Assembly (NCBI RefSeq): GCF_020745735.1
Contig: NC_083447.1
Location: 21,718,755-21,782,754 of the forward strand
DNA: 64,000 nucleotides
Reading direction: 5' to 3'
Origin: Hemiscyllium ocellatum
Taxonomy: Eukaryota
Positions 53,908-64,000 of this stretch are shown piece after piece. A program made the translations under genes and the position numbers. A model generated the notes under the pieces. It made no database searches and was not told where the DNA came from. It was given only the letters and a program-made list of their open reading frames with translations. Every line of letters begins with the position of its first letter. The stretch's first letter is position 1.

Positions 53908-56532
53908 TTTCCAATGCAATGATAGATTTTGTTAAGCTCGATGTTGAATTTCAATGTGTTAATTCAATCCGCACTCCAATGTCTGATCATTTCTGACTTT
54001 CTTTAATGATTGGGTTGCTATGGCGGATGGGGGGGGGGGGGGGGGGTGGGGGCGCGGAGGGGAGGTTGATTGGGGTGGGGGGAGGGGTCGACCGTCTATT
54101 GTCTGAAAGCGGTTTGAATCCTTTTCTCAATGCTTTTAGTAACCTTTTTGTATCTATGTGGATGCATAATTACTTCTGAATCTCTATGTATGATTATCTG
54201 AAGGATCTTAGCGATAACTTACACTTTATATTGTGTCAGATTGATGAAATAATTCAAGAGAAACAACAAATTAGTGTAAACTTTTCTTATTATATAAACC
54301 ATTGCAGCTGCACATTCCATCCTAGCTAGTAGCCTTCATGACATAGACTTGCTATTTTCGATGTATGGAGACTACATTAAAAAAACATTTCTAAAGCTCC
54401 CTAATTACTGACAGCCATGTTCTTCAAAGCTAGAGGGGCAGCATTCAGTCATTTTGTGCTGCTCAGTTATGGGCAGCCTTAACAAACACAAAAGTAACAT
54501 AGCATTAGAGAGACTGAAAAATGCTGCAATACAGAAGGTTCTGGGTCTCCTGCATGAGCACGATCAGAAATATAAGTTTGTGTGGGGGAACAACGAGGAA
54601 GCAAGCTCCAAGTATCCCAGTCAACCCCGAGAACACCACGACCAATAAAAAAATTTCCATCACCATCAAATTACGAACTTTCAAAGATTCCTTTGAATGT
54701 AAATCAGGTGGAAACGTTGCCAAATGTAGCAGATATACATTCGTCTTTAGACTGGGAGCACACCAGGGTTAACAGTGAACAGAATGAATTATTCGAGCAA
54801 TCCTGGAATATACTAATCTACAGCTTGTGACCATCATAGCTCCCAATCTACCTTCAACAGGATTGGCACAGTACTCTTTCAGGAATCGGAAGATGAAACG
54901 CAGAAGCTTTCCAGATCACTCATTGAAACCGACCAACAATATTCAAGGATTGAAGTGGAAATTTTAGCGTGGGCATGCAATAAAAATCTGATGACGTAAT
55001 AAGGCTGCAGTTTGCGATGAAAACCGGCTAAAAACCATTGGTCACTCTGTTGAACACAAAATAGTGACAGCTAAGACACCACCCCAGAATTTATGAGCTC
55101 AGATTGAGGCTGATAAGTTATGGCTTAGCCATTGAATCCGTGCAGGCGAAGTACTAGATACCATTCAGGATAACAGAGTGAAAACAGATTTCGCCTTCAC
55201 TTAGGTGGCTGAAGTCTAAATCTCAGAAGTCAGAAAAGATTTACCACAGACAGAAAGGAAATTAGATGTATCAGGAAGCTCAAAAATGTGATGTAGAAAG
55301 TGTCTTAAATATCTGATGGAGCTGTTCAGGAAATCTAATCAATATTTCCCCCTTGTGCCAGGACTTGGAACAATATCGAACCTCACTCTCATCAATGACT
55401 TTCTAGTATTCGAAGGTGGTACTAGGAGCAACAATATCTGAAATTCTTCAGATAATTCACCTGGACTATTTAGTCATTACAAAGTGTCATTCATGTGTGT
55501 TACTGTCAGTATGGTGGTCAGAGGTTTCTTAAGATTCAACTAAATAGTTTTTTTATCTAAAAGGATTAGGAATCAAACAGCAGCATTTTGGAGACTTATT
55601 ACTCTGAGATACCGTGCAGGTGAATAAAAGCAAAGGTCATATCGAGTGTAAGTCTGCACTTGCAAAATACCCACGAGGTTGTGGATTCAACTGAAGGTTT
55701 CAGCCTTCATGCTGGTGATGTTTGCTTTGTGATACAATAAATATGAGAGAGACAGAAGAAAGAACTGAATTGGTCATGATTGCTAAACATTCGGAAGGCA
55801 TTGAATCCCTCGAAAGTGGAGATGGATTTTTCGGTCCCACAAGTTCACACTGACAAGTTCCCCACCCAGACCCGAACCGAACGCTTTTGGCAATTTAGCA
55901 TAGCCAATTCACCTAAGCTGTACACGTTGGGCTTGGGACCAAACCCAACACAAGGAGGAAGCCCACCCAGACATACGAAAAGTGTTCGAACTCCACACAG
56001 AGTCGCCCAGGCCTGGAAGCGAACGCGGGTTCCTGATGCTGTGAGGCAGCAATGCTAGCCACTGCTAACACTCACACTGCCGCTGAAAATAGTTAAATAG
56101 CTTTTTGATATTTGCGAATGTTAACTTCAAGAAAAGTTGAGTAGTTCCCACTTTTCCAGGATTAATCCAAGAACAACAAATGGTCTTTCTTCCTGCCCCA
56201 GATCATAAGGTGTGAATTTCCTCTTCCTCCATCTATCTTCTTATGGAACCATGGATGAGACACAAGTGCCTTTCATTGACTTTGAGCGCCATCTGCTGAC
56301 CCTGTGGATAAAGAAACATACTTAGTGTTCTCCGAGACAACTGTCATCGACTTTCAGTTGCGGGCTCAACATTATTAATCCAATTCCAGTGCATTTAAAT
56401 CTACTTTTCTTTTTTAAAAAAGCCTATTCTCATTCTAATGGACGCGGCCACTTTGTGCCTGTTTTTGTTATATACACTTGTTTGTCTTTGGGAGATTTTT
56501 GTTGACCTGCTCCTTTTCTCTGAGTCACCGTA

Positions 56533-56973
56533 GAGACTCCAGGCGCAGTAATACATAGCTGAATGATTCGTTCGAAGGCGGGAGGACTTCAGGTTGAACA
56601 CAGAAGCACTTGGTCGTTCAGCGGTGAAACCGTCCACTACCCCATCTGAAATCACATACTGTGTAGTACTGGAGTAAGACAACAGCTGCAGTTCCTTCCC
56701 AGGATATTGTCTGTGCCAGTACATGTCATCAATACTGGCTACCTCAACCATGCACTTCAGTTCCACACTGTCACTAACAACTTTGGAAACAGATGGGGGA
56801 GTCTGGTGGACAGTCGCTGAGTTCACGTCTGAGGAAGAGATACAGAGAAAGAAAGTCAATCAAATGTTTGGAGAACGTGAGATAAATTAAACAGATAACT
56901 ATGTTATGAAAGGAAATAATAAATGGTATCGCTAACATCGAAATAAAATCATGAGGCACACAATCAGATGCAT
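56533..56973 (-). CDS. TRBV: TCR V segment A4: open reading frame but defective RSS heptamer; leader 56973-56937, V exon 56828-56533
   Basis: VNSATVHQTPP...ELKC...MYWHRQ...AMYYCAWS is open. Donor is GTTAGC. RSS reads TACGGTG/23/ACAAAAATC at 56532-56494. Confidence 0.85.
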
Positions 56974-58084
56974 CTTTTACTTCAAGTTTTCTTGTCGCCG
57001 AAAAATAGCTGAATAGAAAATTCAATCACTTTAAAACGAAAGCTTTCAAATGACTTAAAAATGTAAAGCGACACGTAAGTGACGCAGGTTTGAACAATAT
57101 ACCTCTTCCACTCTGTCTGGAATCCCACCCCTCTCTCTTCATGATTGGCTGAAGGAAAGCAGATAAGAGCAAGGGATTTCAAAGGAGACAGAGACAGTGG
57201 ATGTCGGTGGACAACGCAGGGGCAGATGGCTTTATGTGGGCCATAGTCATAGAAATAGAAACAGATCTTTCGGTCTAACTCGTCCATGTCGAACAGATAT
57301 CCTATACTAATCTAGTCCCATTTCCTCGCACTTGTCCCATATCTCTCAGTTTATCCATGATCTGCCAAAGTAAGAGAAGCCAGTGAACTACGGACTGTTT
57401 AAAAGCGAGTACCTCTAGAAATGTCAGTGAATTGCATTGTATTCCATCGTAATGTCTATGGAACTTATGGATATTTTTAGAACATACACTGAAATATAAT
57501 CAAAGCCCAGTCTCTATTTCCAGAGAACAGGATTCAACATGGAGGAAGTTATTATTGAAAACATTGGGCAGACTCCACAGAGAAAATGCATTTCAATCCT
57601 GGGCACATGCCACAGGGAGGACGGATTTGGCTTAGAGGGAATGCTTAGTGGATGCAGGAGCATGAGGGCTTTAAGGACTTTAAGGATTCAACAGTCAGGA
57701 CAATTTGCAAAATTATGTCTGTGTTGAGTACAGAAAATTTTGGGTGAACTGCCCTTGAAGCTTTTTTTTTTCCCATTTTGACACGAATATTCTCTCTCGG
57801 CCTCTCTGACACACACAGACACACACACACATACACAAACACATGCGTGTGTCTTGGGTGCATTATTTCATTTCAGATTCTTTTCTATTAACAAAATAAA
57901 ACTGGTCCTCAGCTCAACACAGACGGATTCAAAGTGGGACCTCACACCTAAAGCGCAGAGTCTAACCTGAGATAACACCTCCTGTACATTGACCGAGCCT
58001 TTAACTATCCAGGGACAAAAACTTGAAAGGAATCTGGATTTTGTATTTTAATCAGCAGTCTACCGACTAACTGGTTAAAGGAGT

Positions 58085-58303
58085 AAAAAATGAGGTCTGC
58101 AGATGCTGGAGATCACAGCTGAAAATGTGTTGCTGGTTAAAGCACAGAAGGTTAGGCAGCATCCAAGGAACAGGAAATTCGACGTTTCGGGCATAAGCCC
58201 TTCATCAGGAATTTCCTGATGAAGGGCTTATGCCCGAAACGTCGAATTTCCTGTTCGTTGGATGCTGCCTAACCTGCTGTGCTTTAACCAGCAACACATT
58301 TTC
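58085..58303. mobile_element. Palindromic non-autonomous PLE-terminus element, 16-bp TSD
   Basis: Arms 58121-58211 and 58213-58303 (2 mismatches in 91 bp). TSD AACTGGTTAAAGGAGT at 58069-58084 and 58304-58319; the empty site is at about 40297. Confidence 0.9.
58171..58253. ncRNA. Overlapping type I hammerhead folds, minus strand 58218-58171 and plus strand 58206-58253
   Basis: Minus: CAGGAAATTC CTGATGA A GGGC-TTAT-GCCC GAAAC GTC GAATTTCCTG (stem I 10/10). Plus: same core, stem I 9/10. Confidence 0.7.
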
Positions 58304-58927
58304 AACTGGTTAAAGGAGTCAACCCAGACAGTTAGGTATAAAGTTGATAACTTTTTAAATTTATAAATATTGTTCTTATGCCTCCCAATCAGACCACACC
58401 TGAGGAAGAAGCGGAGCTTCGAAAGTTTGTAATTTTAAATAAACGTTTTGGATGATAACCAGGTATCATTTGATTTTTTTATCTTTTCCACCCCAGTCCA
58501 ATTCCGGCATCTCCACGTCATGAATAATATTTAGGCTGGGAGCTGGAATAATGAATCTAAGTTAATAATCAGATGCAACCACATTAGACTGGTGAAGGGG
58601 ACACAAGAGTCTCTATGAGGTTTATGATTCCTGTGCAACATGCTCGAAGGACACCCTCGGCTGTACAATTGCTGAAAGAGAACGCCTGCTCTTTGTTTTG
58701 TTTCTTTCCACATTTGATGTTGTAACGTGTAATATGTTGACCCTAAATCTCCAACTGTTCAAAATGGACATGGTCTACTGGCTGAACAAGCTCAACCCGT
58801 GGAAATCATGCTGGACCCCATCAATGTAGGACTGTACAAGCTCCTTGTTAAATTTTGCTGTCACCTCTTTCTGAACTCTATGCCAACATATTCAATGCAC
58901 CGTTCCGTCTTCTCTAACTCACGTTAA

Positions 58928-59207
58928 AGGCAGCACGGTGGCTCAGTGGCCTCACAGCACCCGGGTCCCATGTTCGATTCCAGTCTGGGGCGACTGTCTT
59001 TGTAGAGTTTGCACATTCTCCTGGTTCTGAGTGGGTTTCCAAAGTCCAAAGATGTGCAGATCAGGTGAATTGACCATGCTAAATTGCCCATGCTGTTAGC
59101 TGCATTAGTCAGAGGGAAATGGGTCTGTGTGGGTTACGCTTCGGAGGGTCGGTGTGGACTGGTTGGGCCGAAGGACCTCTTTCCACACTTGCGGGAATCT
59201 AATCTAA
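58928..59207 (+). mobile_element. Older HE1/V-SINE-like element
   Basis: GGCAGCACGGTGGCTCAGTGG...GAGTTTGCACATTCTCC...GGGCCGAAGG...TCTAATCTAA. Confidence 0.75.
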
Positions 59208-60281
59208 TCACAGGATCATTACAGCGTAAAAGGAAACCATTCAGCTCATCAAGTCTGCACGGCTTTTCGAGCATTCTAACTTAGTTAAACACCTTCTGCT
59301 GTTTCCTGCGCATTGTTTTTATTTAGATACACATCTAACTCGCTCTTGTGTACCTCAGTAAAACCTGCCTCCGCAACAGTTCCGAGTACTGCCTTCTATA
59401 TTCCAATTACCCACTGTGTTGAAACGTATTTCCTTCGGCTCACTTTTGCTTCTTTTGCAAAACAGCTCTAAAGCATACTCTCTGGTTCTCGATCTTTTTC
59501 TAAGTGGGAACTTTTTCTCCCTACGTCAACATCCGTCGCTTTTCAAACCTTCTGTCAAATCCTCGTTTGGCTTCTCCTCACCAAGGAGGCCAATTTCAAT
59601 GTTTTCGGTCTATCCCCAGAACTGAAATGGAACCATTCTTATAAACCTTTTCTGCATTCTCTCGATTGCATTCACAGCTTCGAGCCCAAGCCTGTTCCCA
59701 GTGCTGCAGCTGAGCTCGAACCATTGCCTTGAATAAACCCATAAGAATCTCCCTGCTCTTGCACTTTACCTCCTTACTTATGAAGGATAGAAATTTGTAT
59801 GTTTAATAACGGCTCTGTCCATCATCTTCAATGGTTTACACACAGGTCACTTTGCTCCTGCACACCCTGTAGAATTTTGCTTCACATTATACTCGCCATG
59901 TTTCTCCTGAACCTCCCTTTGGGATTATTTGTGACTCATAATCGTTCTGTCCTGGCCTTCCAAATCAGAAACATTTTCTGACATGAATGCTTTCATCATT
60001 AAAAAGAGCTTTATTAGATACGTTCTCAATGTTGTGGTTTCAACAGAAAGGGAAGGATTACATTGAGTCTTTGTTGTAATTTCTCAGTTCTGGGAACCTC
60101 CCTGTGTAAGTGCCTTTTCACGCTTCAGGTGTTCCTCAATCCATGTTTGACGAACTCTTTCTCTCAAATGACAGGCAAAATACAACAGGCCAAGGAAAAG
60201 CACAGTTTTGACGAAGGCAGCTGTTTCCTGCCACATTTGGAGTGTTTGTTGAAGTGCGCTCTCTCTCTCTGAGACGCTGTG

Positions 60282-60749
60282 AACTCTCTAGGCGCAGTTG
60301 TACATACTTTAGTGATTCAGCCCAAGCTGGAAGTTTGCAGGTGGAATTCAGAGTCATTCAGTCTGTAGGCGGTAAAACCGTCCATTGGCTGGTTTGGAAT
60401 CACAGACTGTGCAGTAAGGGAATGAAACATCAGCTGCGGATCTTTCCCCGCTTGTTCTCTGTACCAGTAAATGTAAAATCGCTGGTGCCCAGCACAGTGC
60501 ACTTGCGTTCTACTCCCTGTCGAGGATTGCTGGAGACAGCTGCGGGAGTCTGTCGGATAGTCTGCGAGTCGGCGCCTGGAATAAAGAAAACCAGGAAATT
60601 GGAACATTCAGGTCAACGTCGAAAAATCGAAAGGGTTGTGTAAGTACGAAAGAAGGACAAAAAGCAAGTAAAGTAAAGCTAAACAACAGAAAATGTGCGT
60701 TAGTCTTCTTGTAGCGAAAAATGATCATAATGCGCAGTTACAGGTACAT
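60282..60749 (-). pseudogene. TRBV: TCR V pseudogene C4; leader 60749-60713, V exon 60575-60282
   Basis: TAA in leader, donor mutated to AC, frameshift in CDR1 and the shared FR3 frameshift. RSS CACAGCG/25/ACAAACACT at 60281-60241. Confidence 0.85.
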
Positions 60750-61936
60750 CTTGTGTTTGTAATTTCTTGTTAATTAAGCGATGAGTCGAGAACAAGAGTT
60801 TGGGATATTGCAGTGATACGCCGGCTTTCTGAGGATTCATCTTGACAATCAGGAAAAAAAATCAAGTTGAAACTAATACACATAGCAGGAAGAGAGAACA
60901 ATACTGCCAATGCATCGAGGGTGCGTACCAAGTCCTCTAATTCGTTATCTCCAATTCTTTGAAATTCCTCCTCAATCGGAGTTAATAAAAATGCAAACAA
61001 TCACCTCTGGATTCTCGATTAGCCACAAGTGCATTGACGATATGAGGACTGCAGATGCTGGAGATCAGAGTCAAGATAGTGGTGCTGGAAAAGCACAGCA
61101 GGTCAGACAGCCTCCAAGAAGGAGGAGAATCAACATTTCGGGCATGAGCCCTTTATCAGGAATTGTACGTGAGGTACCACAAGTAGATAAACCATGACTA
61201 CTTCTGAACCAGAGTATCAGTTTGGACGAACTCAAAGGGTCTCTCTGTATTTCCGTTTTTAAATTTCAACAATACACTTTATTCCTGATGTCACTTCATC
61301 TTGAGCTTGGCACATTTCTTTTTTTTTGCCAGGAATGTGTCTGAGAAAATTGCATATACTGATCATAACACCTTTCAGCTTTTGGGGAAAAAATGTATTA
61401 AAAAATCCAAACTGCCGCCATTGAATTTGAAACTAATACACATAACAGGAAGAGAGAACAATACCGTTAGTGCATTGTCGTGACTGAGGTAGAGGCAGAG
61501 GCATTTGGAGGCAAGACAAATGACTGAAATGGACGGTAGTACTGGATGTTTGCATGTTTAGAGTCAATAGAATGTATTGTAGTTTACTAATAGCATAAAG
61601 CTAAGTGCTATGAAAAATAAAACCATCTTTGAGTATTGATGGTTCATTTTTAAGGGGTGATCTGTGGTGATACTATGGCTTTAACCAATGCATTTATCTT
61701 GCTTTTTTATGAAGAAGGTTGAGACAGAGGTGTTGACCAGTCTGCTCGAAGTCAATGAAGTAAACAGCTAGTGAGGCCTTGGGCCTTTTGTTTAAATTTG
61801 GCTCGATAGAAGCAATCGAGGTGGGCAGGATCAAGCTCCCACAGAACCAGGATTTTTAGATTTAAATTATGGCATTTGTTGGGATCTTAACTGTGGAAGC
61901 TCTTATTCCTCTCTCTGCAACAGCTAAATGCCGGGG

Positions 61937-62243
61937 TTAGATTAGATTACTTTCAGTGTGGAAACAGCCCCTTCGGCCCAACAAGTCTACACCGACCCGC
62001 CAAAGCGCAAACCACCCATATCCCTACATTTACCCCTTACCTAACACTACGGGCAATTTATCATGGCCAAGTCACCTGAACTGCACATCTTTGGACTGTG
62101 GGAGGAAACTGTGGGAGCAAACCCACGCAGACATGGGGAGAACATGCAAACTCCACACAGTCAGTCGCCTAAGGCGGCAATTGAACCCGGGTCTCTGGCG
62201 CTGTGAGGCAGCAGTGCTAACTACTGTGCCACCGTGCCGCCCA
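61937..62243 (-). mobile_element. HE1/V-SINE-like element
   Basis: Reverse complement of the SINE above; copy-4 specific. Confidence 0.85.
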
Positions 62244-63034
62244 CTAATTTCCTGCTGCTAGAATTTTACTGAATTTGCCTTTGCCAAGGGTGTGTCGATG
62301 GGATGTTACTATTTTGGAACAGTTCATTAGTAATAGTTAATATACATTGATTTGTTCAGCATTTCGATAAAGTTACAGCTGAACGAATTTTTAAAAACTT
62401 TTTTATTTTGTCTGTACTTTAACTGTTACAATATTGTGTGTTTTGCTTAAAATGGAATCGTTTGACCAATCAAATTGCATTGGAAAGTAACGCCTTATCT
62501 TAAATGTAAGGACAGGTTGTTGTCTAGACTAGCTTCTTCATATACTTTGATCTTGTCCATCACAGGAGGATCTCATAGAAATCCACAAAATAGCAACAGG
62601 ATTTGGGACGGCTAAACGGAGGAAGCACGTTTCCGATGACCAGGGAGTCCAGAACCAGGGGTCACAGTTAATGATACACGGTCGACCTCTTACGACTGAG
62701 AACGAAGGGAAATTTATTCACCAGAACAAAATGAGCAGATAGACTTCTCTGAGACCAAAACAAAAGCATGTTTTTAGGAAGGAGGTAGATACAGAAAAAT
62801 GTTCGTAAACGTCGTTCAGTTCTTTTCGAGAGTTATCATCCCTCCGCTCTGGTATCATTGCAGTGAAATCATTGTTTTTAAAATCTCCGGCAGTACATTT
62901 GTCTTGTCGTTCTAAATGGGGAGGGAGGAGAGATGGTGCTTCGGGCTGTCCTCAACAGGACGAATAAGTGATGTCGTTGACAGCTGCTTCCTGCTGCCTT
63001 TGAGGTTTTTGTTGAGCTGCTCCACCTCTCTGTG

Positions 63035-63470
63035 AATACACCAGGCACAGTAATAAACAGCCGAATGATGCGCCTGCAGGTTGCGAGACTCCAGGTTAAA
63101 GTCAGAGCCACTCGGCCGTGTGGCGGTGAAACCGTCCGCCACTCCTTCTTCATTCACATTTCCTGCAGCTGCAGAATAAAACATCAACTGCAGCTCCTTT
63201 CCCGGGTATTGTCTGTACCAGAACATGTCACCGGTACTCTCACCCTTCACCGTGCACCTCAAGTCCACTGCCTTGCCGAGGGACCTGGAGACGCTGCTGG
63301 GAGTCTGAACGACTCTCGCTGTCTTCACGTCTAAGAAAGGGAAAAGGTCAATAAACAGAGCAATTGTTACCCAGAAGGAGAAAGGAATAGAGTGTAAGTG
63401 TTCCCTCAAATTATTAGATGAACAATCATTTACATTGCAGTAACGTCATGAGGCTCAGTAAGAGATACAT
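63035..63470 (-). CDS. TRBV: TCR V segment B4: open reading frame but RSS spacer shortened to 15 nt; leader 63470-63434, V exon 63330-63035
   Basis: VKTARVVQTPSS...DLRC...MFWYRQ...AVYYCAWC is open. RSS CACAGAG (63034-63028), 15 nt, ACAAAAACC (63012-63004). Confidence 0.85.
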
Positions 63471-64000
63471 CTTTTTTACGTTAATCTTTTCCTGTATGAA
63501 CGCGAACAGAATCCAATCTTGTCTGGAACTGGAACCAGTTACTTTCAAATCAATGAGAGAAATGTGACGGATTCAGGAAATGACTTGGGTGTGCACACGC
63601 CCCTCCCCTCTGATGGAAAGCTCCATGTCTGTCTCTCTCTGTTTCTTGTTGCAAGAGGAACAGTGGTGAACATGAGGTTTCCAAAGGGAAGCGACAGTGG
63701 GGAAAACACTGGCAGGTACAGCTCAAGGTGAGATTTTGTTGCTTTGTGGGATTCGTGAACACAGTTGCCTGATATTGGCAGTCGACAATTTCTAGCAATT
63801 GCTGATATTTTGTTGAATTTGTAAAGAAACAGCATTTTCATTAGATTAAAAACCATCCGACCGTGACAGATGAGAACACTTCTCCGACCGCGAAACCCTT
63901 CTCCAGAATGGAAGAGGCAGACCAGCAGTTTTGGATGGTGCCTGAAATTTTGATGATAGTCTTTGCTAATAAAAGATTTGTTGACCCTAGGGTCAATGTG

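Larger units (their letters stand above)
51184..64000. repeat. Tandem cassette copy 4 (A4-C4-B4...), runs off the window
   Basis: Colinear with copies 1-3. Confidence 0.8.

Noticed and set aside
54021-54085. G-quadruplex as a conserved regulatory element
   Set aside because: The G-run expansion is copy-specific and paralogous sites are much less G-rich; homopolymer lengths are also error-prone.
7770-63034. IgNAR, IgH or NAR-TCR identity, or RSS as Transib/RAG transposon ends
   Set aside because: Sequences are TCR-V-like with their own leaders and no extra Cys. RSS are single, co-oriented and abut V exons, and no transposase is present.
1-64000. D, J or C segments
   Set aside because: No 12-RSS-flanked segment, FGxG J motif or C exon was recognised by eye. 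The search was not exhaustive; an RSS scan would settle it.

Overview
Eukaryotic (elasmobranch/shark-type) genomic DNA containing part of a T-cell receptor V-gene cluster on the minus strand, most likely TCR-beta V (TRBV30-like, YYCAWS ends). I find 14 V segments. The standard layout is a 37-nt leader exon, a phase-1 intron, a V exon and a 3' RSS with a 23-nt spacer; damaged copies deviate from it. They fall into four subfamilies (here A, B, C, D) arranged as an ~15-18 kb cassette repeated about four times in tandem (A-C-B, A-C-B-D, A-C-B-D, A-C-B...). Only three look fully functional (A1, D2, D3). Two have open V exons but damaged RSS (A4, B4) and nine are pseudogenes. I saw no D, J or C segments by eye. 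The intergenic DNA is mostly retroelement-derived: CR1 LINE pieces, HE1/V-type tRNA-derived SINEs, two Penelope-like elements (PLEs), short PLE-terminus derivatives carrying hammerhead-ribozyme motifs, probable LTR/Gypsy relics and microsatellites. The most notable observations are (i) an AP-1 site at the heptamer/spacer junction of most V RSS, the position known for mammalian 3' D-beta RSS; (ii) a TSD-flanked 91-bp-arm palindrome with a type I hammerhead fold on each strand; and (iii) birth-and-death and gene-conversion signatures among the cassette copies. All coordinates and counts were read by eye; species and subfamily names are inferences.
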